This document shows, piece by piece, positions 12,466 through 25,500 of a stretch of 64,000 nucleotides of DNA. Positions within the stretch are counted from its first letter, which is position 1; each line of letters opens with the position of its first letter. Source of the stretch: Callorhinchus milii (lineage: Eukaryota); assembly GCF_018977255.1 (NCBI RefSeq), contig NW_024704742.1, positions 120,158,001 to 120,222,000 on the forward strand, given 5' to 3'. The notes beneath the pieces are model-generated. The model was not told the DNA's origin and did not search any database. It worked only from the letters and a program-made list of their open reading frames with translations. The position numbers and the translations under genes are program-made.

Positions 12466-13450
12466 CAACAAAAGTGCATTGAATAGTTCAAAGGCTGAGA
12501 CTGAGTTATGCTAAGAGGCTCAGGAACAGAATGTTTTTTTAAAAAAAAAACATTTTCTTTACAAAAATGACAAATAATGAAACCAATTACCTGCTCTTTA
12601 TGTGGTAATCATGATTTAAAACTTCAGAAGTAAATATAATATCTGGGAAATCTTTTCAGGTGAAATTAAAAAGCTCTCTGCACCATTAACTCTGGTGGAC
12701 CAAGTTCATCACAATGCTAAAAAGCTCCACTTCCTTTCAGTTGAGTTTTTCCCAAACATTTTGACCAAGGTTACCACAATGAGATTTATTTCAGTTAATT
12801 GTATACGTCCCGGCTTCTTCACAGGTCATTTTTAGGGTCCCTTTTCAAGTAGCGATTACTCACAGAGTCCCAAGTATAAAGCTTGGTTAGCTATTTCAAT
12901 AAGTATCATAGACAAAGTATACATTTGGGGAGGGAAATTAGTCTCCTCCTGTCATCTCTTTATTCACAATGAAAGAAATCCCATGACCTCAAATCCCATC
13001 AGATTATACATTTTCCTTTCAATTCCACAGATATTATCCAGTTTACCAAAGCAGCTACAATAGTATTTTTTATTTAAATTAGTATTAGGGTCACAACTGC
13101 AAGCGGATCAATGATTCCCAGAAAGTTTTATTGTCGGAACAAAATGTCCACACTGGATATTAACTGTAAAAGTAATGTAGCATTGAAACGCAAGTTTTCT
13201 TTCTTTCAAAAAAGCAGGTATGTGCCCTTTAGCTCATTTTTGGTAAGTATATTTAAAGCTTTATTACATTTACACAAAGATAAAAACCAGTTTGGTAATA
13301 TCAGATGGTAATAGCACATTTTTTAAAATAATAAAATCTTTCATGTTTGGTTTTCCATGGTGTCTTTCAATAATGAAAAAGGCAAATATCCTTAAAACAC
13401 AAACAATTGGTCCACTGAGATCCACGAAGGGAACAGTATCACAAGATGTT

Positions 13451-13558
13451 TCAGCTTTCTGGCTTCAAGTGCGAAAAAACCACACATACTTGTGCAATAT
13501 CATCATACTCATATGTTCGTTTTAAAAATGTATCAGTCAGTCGTAATCCCGAAATACT
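13451..13558 (-). CDS. TRAPPC13: TRAPPC13 last coding exon
   Basis: [35 protein letters not shown]; candidate AATAAA (minus strand) at about 13260, 13127 and 13069. Confidence 0.95.
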   Translation of the reverse strand, partial: SISGLRLTDTFLKRTYEYDDIAQVCVVFSHLKPES

Positions 13559-16500
13559 CTGAAAAGAGAAATGGGACAAGATTTTGGACTGATTCAAGCA
13601 TAGGGAGAGAAAGGTCAAGTTGAACATTTTCATTTCTATAACATACATTGGAAACTTGTTTCAAGTATTATTAATATTTGCATTTGCTATAGCAGCTTAT
13701 CATGTCATCAAGACATCTCAAAGTGCTTCACAGAAGATAACCCTGTAGCTCAGTGGTTAGAGCACTCGCCTTGCAAGCGAGAGACCTGGGTTCTATTCCC
13801 GGCCGGGAGAAATGTTGGGCAGGTATCCTTACTCCACACGCCTCTGTTCACCTAGCATCAAGTAGGAACCCGGTTGTTAGTCGAGTGGCAGATCGCTTTT
13901 CCGGAGATAATAATTCTTTTAAAAAATAATTGGTAACTTCAATGCACAGCTGTTTGTGGGACACTGCTGTGCGCAATCAGCTTCCACGTTTCGTCCGCAA
14001 AATATACTGTCAATTCACTTTACAGTATATTCTGTGAAGCACTTTGAGACGTCTCGAAGATGTGATCAAGTGCTATATCAAATGTAAGGATTATTATTAT
14101 TGTCGTAAAGTCAATTCACTATATTTTTTGGGTGAACACAGCAGATAATTGCACACAGCAGTGTCCAACAAACATTCGTGGATTGAGTGACCAATTTTTT
14201 TTGAGGGATTATTACCCCCAGAAAGGTTTCGCCCCACCCAAGAATCGAGCACAGGGCCTTACACTTGAGAGGCGAGTGCTCTAACCACTACACGATGGAC
14301 TCCACAAAGGAAGCATCATTCACTGTTGGAAAACCTTCACTTGCAAACACAGTATTGAAAAGCATGCTGAAACCACACCACTGAAAAGGAAAATACAAGC
14401 TCTCACAAACCCAAAAGAAAACTGACAAAACTTTTTCTTGAAGACAAATCTCAGCACAGATGTGAATAGAACATAAGACAATGATAGAAGATAAGTTCTC
14501 ACATATACAGGTTCAGCTCCATCATATTTTGCTGAAAGAACAAACATGCTGTGGAGATTCTGCCCTATAGAATACATTTTTTAATTTTACCGATTAAGGA
14601 AACCATATTTTAACATTATTTCCGTATTAATAGTTTTTGGTCTGAAGATTTACCTGTAAACCTTGCACAGAGGCAAGCAGTTTCAGTGCAAGATGTAATG
14701 ATGAATTTGGACTCAATTTTCCAAGCTGTCTCCCTGAAATGCCACACCAGTGGATTGCATTTGTATTGCACATCTCCAGCACCAGATCCATTGTCCTCTC
14801 ACTGCTGGTAGAATAAAACTGAATGATTAATTGTACCAAAGACAGATAGCTCATTATAATACACCTGCTGGTAGAACATTTCAATACAACAGATCAGTTT
14901 ACAACAACAAATTGCATTTATATTGCGCCTTTTATGTTGGGAGGATATCCCAAGGCGCTGAACAATAAAGGGTGGTCTGCACCCGAGCTGGGGGTTGGAG
15001 TTGAGAGGGATGGAGGGGAGGGGGAAGGTCTCGAGACAGGCCTTGAAGGAAGCAAGGGAGGGGGTGAGGCTGAGGGGCTCTGGGATGGAGTTTTAGAGGG
15101 TAGGGGCAGAAAGGTTGAAGGCTCAATCACCATGTGATATGGAGCAGGCCAGTGCCCGCCAAGCAGAGGGAGTGGACAGTTGGTAACGTTTCAGTCGGTC
15201 TCAAAGACAGGGATGAGTTTAGGATTACTAATATATTAACATAAAATGGGGAGAGAGGAAAGTACTCTTCCCTCTAACCAAACTTTCCTTTAATGAGTCA
15301 AAACACAGCATAGTTAACATGCACAAATATTTCCTTATGGTGAAAATTAGTGTCCTTACTATTACCTGCAATTAGTTATTTTACACATGACTTCAAAAGG
15401 TTCTTCAAGGTTTACAGTATCAGGGATCATCTCCAAGGAAAGTCTTACATCACCATATCCAGGAGCCTGAAGTAAACCATACAAGGAGTACAATTCAACT
15501 TACAGCAGACAAAAGCAGCATCTACTTTTCAGCCATTTCCAGCAATTGTACCACATAGCAGACAAGCATTCTGTAGTTTATGTAGAAATGGAACACAGGC
15601 TCATATAGAACAGCGACTAAAAGTGCAGCAAGTACACAGCTCCAGTCATGTAAAAACAAAACTCAAAGTGCTTATGGGAGACTGAGTAAGAAGTAGGAAG
15701 GAAGTTAGGAATAATCAAAACGAGAGGTTTTGAAGAGACTTTGAAAGCAAGGTCAGAAATAGCAGGATTTTGGAAGATAATAACAGCTTGCATTCATATA
15801 GTGCCCTTCACATAGGATAGTATTAACTTAAGTAACCAGATTGGGCAAAAATTAATTACAGTGAAGTATAGAAAAACTGCTCAGTTCCCAGGGAAAGCTC
15901 AGTGGAAAATGCAAGATTGTGAACACAAACCTGCAAAAACTAAATTTGTACCATTAATAATCCTTGCATTTGTGCCTTATCACATCTTTGAGATGTCTAA
16001 TAACACTCCACATAATATATGGTAAGGTAAATTGACTGTATATGTTGCGGATGAAATGAGGCAGCCAATTGCACACAGCAGTGTCCCATAAACAGTCTTG
16101 GATTGAGTGACCAAATTATTATTTAAAACTTTTTTGTTGTTGAAGGGATTATTACTCCTTGGAAAGGGATCCACCAGTCAACTAACAAATGGGTTCCTAC
16201 TTACTGCTAGGTAAACAAAGATGTGTGGAGAAAGGAAACTTGCCTAACATTTCGTCCGGGAATCGAACCCAGGTCTTCTCGCTTGGGAGACGAGTGCTCT
16301 AACCAATACACCGTTTTGATAAAATCATGCAAACATCTACTGACCATTCTTTGCAACTGACTTGTCTGCAGTCGTCCTCTTTCACCCAAATTTGTTTTCC
16401 AGACTATATCCAATTTACCAATTACTGTAACCCCCTTGATGACTCCAGCTCTCTCTGCAAATTCAGGTTTAGGTTTAAGGCAATACAGATATTGACGTGT

Positions 16501-19500
16501 GTCCATAGGCTGCAAATAGGTCATTTTTCCAAATGTAGAGAACCTGAGGAGAAAATGTGAACGAATTACAGTAGTTTTCATTAATCTACATAAACAAGCA
16601 GCAAACGCCCCATTATATCCCATATTGCTACATTTAAAAGGCATCAGTGTGAAGCATTTCAATGAATTAAGTTTACAACATAATTAGTTTCACACTGAAT
16701 GCTGAGTAATCTTGATGAAACTTTTATCTGATTGCTAATTTTTCTTGTGACCACCACAGAATATGTTCAGCCATTTTATATCTTCACTAGATTGCACTGC
16801 AAATAACTTACTACAACAATAGATTGCACTGAAAATAACTTACTACAACAATAATCCTTGCATTTGATATAGCGCTTTTCACGTCTTCTAGACGTCCCAA
16901 AGCGCTTCACAGAATATACTGTAAAGTGAATTGACTGTATATTTGTGGGCGAACGCGGCAGCCAATTGCACACAGCAGTGTCCCACAAACAGTCGTGGAT
17001 TGAAAATGACCAATTTATTATTGTTTTTTGTTTTTTTGGAGGGATTATTATTAGGCGTGTGGAGTAAGGATCCTTGGATCCTCCCAGATAACTGAACCTT
17101 ACTCTGCTTCCTTCAGAGTGAAATCCCACCAAAAATGGATAGCCTGAGCTAGAACACGCCTTCCTTTATTAGGACCAAGTCACTTCCTTATGAAGTCATT
17201 ATAATATGGCCAAAATTGCTCCAAAACGATATTTGTCATCTATTGAATCTAAATTGAGTCACTGTGGATGTTCCGATACACTATCCTGTTTGAAGGCCAC
17301 TATATAGTTGTTAAGTTGTGAATACTTAAAATGAAACAGCAGAATAATTGCTGTTTTGAAACTGTAACAAAGATTGCAGTTAAGTTGTTGAAGTCCTACA
17401 TTGTTAGTAATACTTAATAATTTCCTATTTCTCCTATTTCTTCAAACTGTGCAACTGTTAGCTGATTTACTTCAAAACAACAATCACCCATGCATTTGAT
17501 ACGTTGGGAGGATGTCTCAAAGGATTTACTAAAGTGTAGTGACTATTTTGTAGGTTTTAAAATCTTAGGGATTGTTTGCTAAGGGACCAGGAAAAATTTC
17601 CTTCTCTTTTCAAACAGCACCCTGGGATCTTTAATGCCCACTTGAATAGGTAGACAAATCCTTGGTTTAAACATCTCATCCAAATGACAGCACTTCTGAC
17701 AATGCAGTGCTCCTCCAGCACTGTGCTGGAATATCTGTCTAGACTATGAGCTCAAAATGCCAACTATAGGTTAAGAATAATTTGCCCAGGAAGAATTCCT
17801 GAAGTGGCACCACTGATCAATAAGGAGGTCACTTTCATTGTATCTAGTTCATGCTTATATCCAGAAGAGATCCTGGGGTACTTTGAATAAAATCTGCTTG
17901 CACGTCTTAAAACAGTCAGCAAGGAAATTGTTGTAGCAAATTATATGCAACTCCATCAATGCCCCATCACTCATAGCATAGATTAAAGTAACATAATAGT
18001 GACTCAATGTATAGGAACCTTGATGCAAAATTTTACTCTACCTGATCTGAGAATCCTCACTCACTCCACAAAACCCCAGGAAAGAGAATATGATTGTAAG
18101 GCTTGATGGGAATTGGCAGTCGTAAATCGATGCCTAATTTCTCCTTACCCCTCTCCGCCTGTATCAATGGTGTTCAGTTCTGTGACATTGTACATCATGG
18201 ATGGCTCTAAAGAAACCTTTTCCATAAACATCGGGGAGGTTGTGATATTCTGAATCTGAGCTTCCAGAAAGACTTCATCTGTCTGTGGGGCGAAAAATAA
18301 AAGTATAAAAATAAAGGTGCTCTGACAAGAAGTCTTGCAATTAATTCTCAAAAAAAAATCAATTCAAATACGTGATTAGTTCATGCCTCTGAATCACAAT
18401 GCAGTAATTAATGAAAGCAGAAGCATTAATCCCAAGATATTTCAATTCACTTCAATCAATATTAGTTTTATTAATTTAGGTCCTGCAATGGATTTGGGAT
18501 AACTTCATACAATTGTTTATGGTTACTAAATTCTCATCTTTCAATGATCAATCACATGGGATAAACACACTAACTTTAGTCTTGAGTGAATGAACATACA
18601 GGTTTGGAAGAACTTAATCGTATTTATAATTTATTGGTAGAGAACCTCCCATTCAGTTGCTCTCACCTTTGTATGAAGAATTGTCTTGTTACACTAGATA
18701 CTAACTATTCTTAAAATTCCTGTTGTATTTCAAAATCAGATTTTACATCAAGTTAAATTTAACCTGGTATTAAATGCAAAGGGGAAAAAAGTTGAAATCT
18801 AGGGAGTGATGGTTGTATGTTATTGAACTGATCTCTTGGGGTGTACATTTACTTTATTTATTCAGCATTTTAAAGCATTCAGAATTAGGCAACTTGTAAA
18901 ATTCCATCTTAACTTTGAATATAGCTTTCTGTGGTTCTTAAAATGACTTCAAAATTAAGGCTGTATTTTAGTGTTCTCAAATGCTACATAAAAAGAGTAA
19001 ATCTAGAGCCAAGTGGAATTCAGAATTTAATTCACTTTGAGAATTTTTAGTATTGTGATTTTCAGCTATCCAAATGGCTTTTAATTTACTTCTGGGGGAT
19101 ACCAAATAATATAAATGTCACTCTTGCCTATTTGTAATAACTCAACCCCACACTTTATTTATGCAAATCTTATACACACACACAAATAGTTAAGTACATT
19201 AGACCTTTTTTGTATTGAAAGACTGAAAGCTACAAATCTTGTATTTATATAATATGGAGGATATTATTCATTATACCAAATTCTTGAATACATACTGCAA
19301 TTTTAAGAATGCAAGTTTACAAGCACCCAAAATAATCTTGCAGAAAAACATATTAGGGAAGTTCTGAATAGCTAAACAGGTCTATACAACAGGATTTTTG
19401 TTTTACATAATGGTCACTTATTTTGAAATGACTAGCACATCAAAGATGTACTAATGCCTAACCCAATGCATTGAATCAGTGCCTTCAGCTCAAACATTGC

Positions 19501-22500
19501 ACACAAAGCAATTTTTAGTGCAGAATCACTAATTTAAATACCTTTCATTCTCTCAACATAGTAATAGCAGACTCTGGCAGTAGTTATTTGATATTAAGAT
19601 TTAGGGCAAATTTAAGCCATATATTGGAGCAGGTTTTTGCAATACAATATTTATTGCATATTACCAACAAATATATATTGGGTACGTCAAAGGGTTAGAG
19701 AGAATGACAACTTATCTTTTCCTCAAAAATGACTACAAGGCAATTTTTTTTAAACAATCAGGGTTAAACATATCTGGTTTACAATTTTGATCTTCTTGTG
19801 GAGTGACCACTTCACTGAAATGTTAAACTGCATATTAGTTATGATCCAAGAGCAGTTACTAAAATCGCTTTAGGATGACATTGAACAATATAGTCTCCTC
19901 TCTGCTAGAGTCCTAACATTGAATACAGTTGCACAGTTTCAACCATCTCCTAATAATCTCAGGATGTACTGTAGCTGCCCATAACTCAGATTGTGTTTTC
20001 AAAGAGTGCTATTGTACAAACATATGAAGGGATAGCTTCGCTGGCGTTATGGTTAAAGCCTATTTTAAACAGAGTAATTAATGGTAGTTTACATCTTGCC
20101 TTTGCTACATCTAATTTAGAAGTGCTTTATTCAGAAACTGTGTCAAAGGATTTGGTTACTGAAGTTATTGGCAGAATTGAAGTGACCTATTTTACATTGC
20201 TGGTTAAAACTTTGTTGGTTGTCAATTTATTTCTTTGCATCATTGTAGTTAGGATTTTTACATTGTCACCTTGTATAATGGTCACAATTTTTTTTTACTC
20301 GAGACAAACCATATTTCATAATTCACAAATCCATTGCTCCATTTATCTTAAATCAATCGCATTTTCTGGGTCATTGTAAGCATTTTACTTTAGCAGAGAT
20401 TTCAGGCAAGCTTGGGATGATGAGATTAGTGGTATAATGGAAAAGCATAACAAATTTGGTACAATTCAATCAAGTGACTCAAGATATCTAAGTTTGCTAA
20501 CAGTTATTTTCATTTGTGAAATGAAGTCCAAGAAAAAACTGTACAAAGACTATAGTTCACTCCATTTTACAAAACTCTAAATTTTACATTTCCCCCTCTT
20601 TCTAGTCCAAATCCTGCCCAAGTTGCCATTATTCATAAGCAAACTTGAACAGTGACTGTAAGCAGTAGAGCCCAATTCCATTTCAATTGGCATCCCCATG
20701 CACCTCCAGCAGGGGTCAATGGATGGCAGCCAGCAATAGGAATTCTGTCTGTCTTTCACCTCCTTAATCAAATGCCCTGAAGCAAGTTGTAATAATAATA
20801 ATACTTGCATTTGATATAGCACCTTTTCACGTCTTCTAGACGTCTCAAAGCGCTTCACAGAATATACTGTAAATTGAAGTGACTGAATATTTGTGGGTGA
20901 AACACGGCATCCAATTGCGAACAGCAGTGTCCCACAAACAGTCATGGATTGAAGTGATCAATTTTTTTTTCTTGAGGGATTATTATCAGGCGTGTGGAGT
21001 AAGGAAACTTGCCCAAGGTTTCACCCTGCCAGAAATCGAATCCAGGTCTCTTCCGAGGCGAGTGCTCTAACCACTGAGCTACAGGACTCCTGTAGATACC
21101 TCTAGAGACGTTGTAGAGAAGTGTAGGTACCTCTAGAGTCAACCTGGCTGAGATCAGCCAACTTAGCCCAAGAAAACAACCTTTAAATTTGGACTGATGC
21201 TTCTCCATTATGCTTCTGCAAATTTAGCCAATGTTAATCATGGTGGGGGTGATTTTGCTGCAATTAAATTAAAGCACACAGTAGCAATAAATAAATAAAA
21301 ATTACCACAGAACTGAGGTCACTCTAATAAGAGAAACATAAAAAAAATACATTAGAGAAGGGTTAAATGTTAAAAGAAAAAAACAACTAGTTTACCAAAC
21401 AATTTCATGAAAAGCTGAACTAACTTCTTCATTATGTTTCCAATGCAACTAACAGTAGCAAAGAAAGCAGGGATCAAAGGATCTGCCATCAGTGTGTGTA
21501 GTCAGGTACAACACACTGAGATGTAAAAACTTCTGATCCAAGATATGTACACCTGACCAGCATTTTCATATCCCATAATAATTACAAACAATATAATGGA
21601 CATTAATCCAATTTTCAAATGATATCCAGTCATGGAATTATTTAAAGGATCAAAACATTTTAGTTATTCTACAACTGGGCAGAAAAAAAAAATACACCAG
21701 GGGAAATGATATCCTCCATTACCTGTTCAAGGGAAACTGAAGTTGTACTAATTATTTCTACCGCTGGAAACCATAAGGAAGAAGGTTAATGCAAGGTACT
21801 ACATACATGTTATTGCTTTTCAAAAAGGTTTGGTTTCAATTATAAAAACATCCGAGAATCTTTGCACAAAAACCTGTTAATTAAAATACAGTAGAAGGCG
21901 TTACAGGTTTGGATTGTCAGGTATTTGAGTTCTCAATTATAGCCGCACTGCTGAGGGGAACAGGGAGAGAGAAAAATGGCAAGCCAGTTAAGAGTCTGGA
22001 GGGATACCTAAAGAGAGGCTCAGGGATGGTGAAAGCAAAAGCCCGGGAATAGATTATATTACCTGTCTTCTTGGCTGCATAGTGCAGATCACCCTACGTG
22101 CCATATCTAAAATGGAATGCACACAAACTCTCCAGAGAAGCTAATTCCAGGCACAATTTAATTAGAGAAAAATTCAAAATAAATAGAAATTAAATAAAAA
22201 TATAAGTTTGCTGATATCAAATGCGTATTATTATTGCGATTTGAAGGGTCTCCAGATATTGGAGATTAAATATTAAAAGGTTCTTCTTCACAATCAACTA
22301 ATTGTGTTCAATAAGTAGACACTCCTTACCTCACAAGTTCTCTTTGCAAGCAGGATGGGTCCCTTCAGGGAGAGAGTGCACATTCCATTCCGACAATCTA
22401 TCCCTGGGATTTTCATGTGTAGGTGGAACACGGAATTTTGGTTTGGATACTCTTAAGCATGGCAATGGGTTTCCGCATGTGTCAGACATCTGGCCGACCA

Positions 22501-25500
22501 AAAAACAATGCAAGCCAAAGACCCAAAGATAGGGTGTTCCTAGCTGGCAAGCGGTGGGAAGCTTGCGAAATAGTGCACTCAATAGCAAACTACGTGGTTT
22601 TAGCTATTTAAACTCAAGCAGTCATCAAACATACAATTAAGGGCCTCCAAGTCTTGGTTCATTAATCTTCACCTAATGCTCTCTGGAATGGAGAAAGTTG
22701 CCAATGATAAGTAATGATTGATCCTTCAATAGTCTGTAAACCCTCTAAACAAAGAAAAGCTTTGCACAGCAAGTTCCACATAACCTTGCAAAGCTCACTT
22801 GAAATGAACCTTTAGCTGCCTACAACAAAGAGCTACACAGAGGCAATATCTGCAAACCAGGGTTTTTATCTGCAAAGATTCACCAAAGCCAAAATGCTGA
22901 CTGCAACCATGACCTTAACTAAATGCTTCTGGCATTTCATATGCTAAGAAAGGCAATGAATACAAAATAAAATAAACAAAAGTAACAAGATGAGTAGACA
23001 AATACCAGAACATTTCAGCAGCTAAGTTATATAACTTGCTTACTAGCTTGTAAAATCTTTACAACCTGGCTCAAGAAATTCAGGTCATACATTGTTAAAA
23101 ACTTTGCAAAGACACTATAAATAGTTGGAAGTCAATGTAACCTTTTCTAATGTGATACTTTATGCCCCTTTTATATTTCAGCACTGGCAACATCATAAAT
23201 ATTGCATCTCATGTTGCCGAAGCTTTCTTTTATATAAAACAGGTGTGTACCTGCTTTCCCATTCCAAGTAATTTATGGCAATTTACTCCAAGCTCATATA
23301 TAATAATCCTTGCATTTGATATAGTGCTTTTACATGTCTTCTAGACGTCTCAAAGCGCTTCACTGAATAGACTGTAAAGTGAATTGACCGTATATTTGTG
23401 GGCGAAACGCGGCAGCCAATTGCGCACAGCAGTGTCCCACAAACAGTCACGGATTGAAAATGACCAATTTATTATTGTTTTTGTTTTTTCGAGGGATTAT
23501 TATTAGGCGTTTGGAGTAAGGAAACTTGCCCAAGGTTTCACCCTGCTGTGTTATTATATGTGGTATGATGGCAGTCAAGAATCATAAGAATCATACAAAA
23601 TCTGACCACCCTCTCCAAATCAAGTCCACCTCAGCATAAAAATGCCTCAATGAAGCAAGTTATTCTAAAGAATAAACACATTTCAATGCATCATTACGAC
23701 AGTGGCTGATTTAGTCAAAAATATTTGCAGGCAGCAAAGAACAGAAATGACATGGCTTAAAGCCCCTCTTCGTTAATATAAGTAGTGTAATCATGTACTT
23801 ACTTCAGCATTGTAGAACTTAGTCTTCACATCAAGTGGTTTAAGGACCTGCGTAAATAGAGAATGCAGACTGAAGATCGCTTTTTCAGGGTGGTTTTCCA
23901 TCAAAACTGTTAAGATGTAGATTCTTCCTGAATTACACTAATTAAGTGCCAGTTACTTAAACTGCAAGTCGACTGAAGTGCTTGATTACTGAAGAAAATG
24001 TAGCACATTTGACAAACTCGAGTAATGGGTGCGCTGTGGCCAGCAGAATCCTATCCATTTTGTAAAAAGTTCAGCACGTTATCAGTTGCAGAGACCTGTA
24101 GCCTTCAAAAACAATCTGTTACGTCACAGGGATTTAAAGGTTTAATAACCAAGCCACTGATTTAATCCACAGCTAGTGTAAATTGTTGTACCAGTTCGAT
24201 AGCTTCACTTCTGTTCCTGACCAGAAGATGCTAAATGCTTTTTGTGTAAAGTTGATGTTTATTGTAGGAGGTGTTAAAAGTCACTCAGTTGTGATACATA
24301 CTGAAACTCAGAACCATCCTGCAGGACACACTGTGAAGGCATTACACACTGTATTAGATTAGCACAGCATAATCCTCCATTTGTTTAGCTGTGACTCCAG
24401 CAAAGTCTGGTATTTGTTGTTAGCAACCATTTGGGGTACTGAAAAACAGATGTACATCAACAGTCTATGTGACAGTTCTTGCCAACTCCCATTGATGGGT
24501 TTTATTTTGATTTAAGGTGTTAAATATTGCTCATTTCTTTCAGTTAGATTGTTCCACTTAAGATGAACAATTAAAGGCTTCCTGAAAACTTCAACACAAG
24601 GATTGAGAGGAGCAATTTGAGAGATACATTGCCATCTTGAGAGAACAACAACTTGCAGTTATATAGTGCCCTTCATGTGGGTAGTGTCCCAGAGCACTTC
24701 GGGACATGCAACTTGCAATAAATTAGCAAAGTAACGAGGAGAGTTTCTGTAAGACTTTGGCTTAAAATCAATGGATCCGAACTGGATATTATACAATTAT
24801 TTTAAAACTACAGCAAGACAGTCCTGGCTCATCTTATGAAACCGTCTGAATAGTTAGCATATTAACATAGCTTAACTGTATGGTTTTGACAAATGCATTT
24901 TTAATTTTTGACAATATAAAATGCAGTACGGGCTGCATGGTAGGCTAACCAATAAGCATAACCAGTTATGTCCATGTGCAGTCCCGGGTCACAGAAAATT
25001 AACAAATGATAATAAACAATGGGAGTTTAGCAAAAGACTTCTCAGGGTTATCCCGAAAAATGTAATCTACCTGAAATTTGAAGAACTTCCTAAAATACAA
25101 CTTCTCTCCAGCCTGTGTTGTGTAGCTGACTGCACAGACTAAACTGTAAAAGAAAAGACAAGTGAATAAAATCAGAAAATGGGATACAAAATAAAAGATT
25201 GCTGAAATCCATGAAAGCACAATAAGTTAGGCTTCAGGACACAATAAGGACATTAACAAATGGATTCAGTAGGAAGATATGCATACTACTTATTTTATCT
25301 ATCCAAATGGAGTTCAGATCTTTAACTGTACGAGGAAGGTACATAGAGAGTTCACTGTTGGCATCCATCAACATGAAATTCCTACACTATTATTTGATGA
25401 AAACTTGTAACACATTCTGACAATGTGATGTGTAGCTTCTTGACTGTTGGGTTAATACCAATGAAGAGGACTTCAGAAATTATATGGAAGAAGGTGAAGT

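Noticed and set aside
16790..16852. 32-bp direct repeat pair (similar short pairs at about 11103-11137 and 21092-21140)
   Set aside because: Two-copy slippage duplications with no spacers; not CRISPR-like and no sign of function.
19993..20379. 128-aa hydrophobic ORF antisense within a TRAPPC13 intron
   Set aside because: Non-ATG start, T-rich composition, no recognisable homology or splice context.
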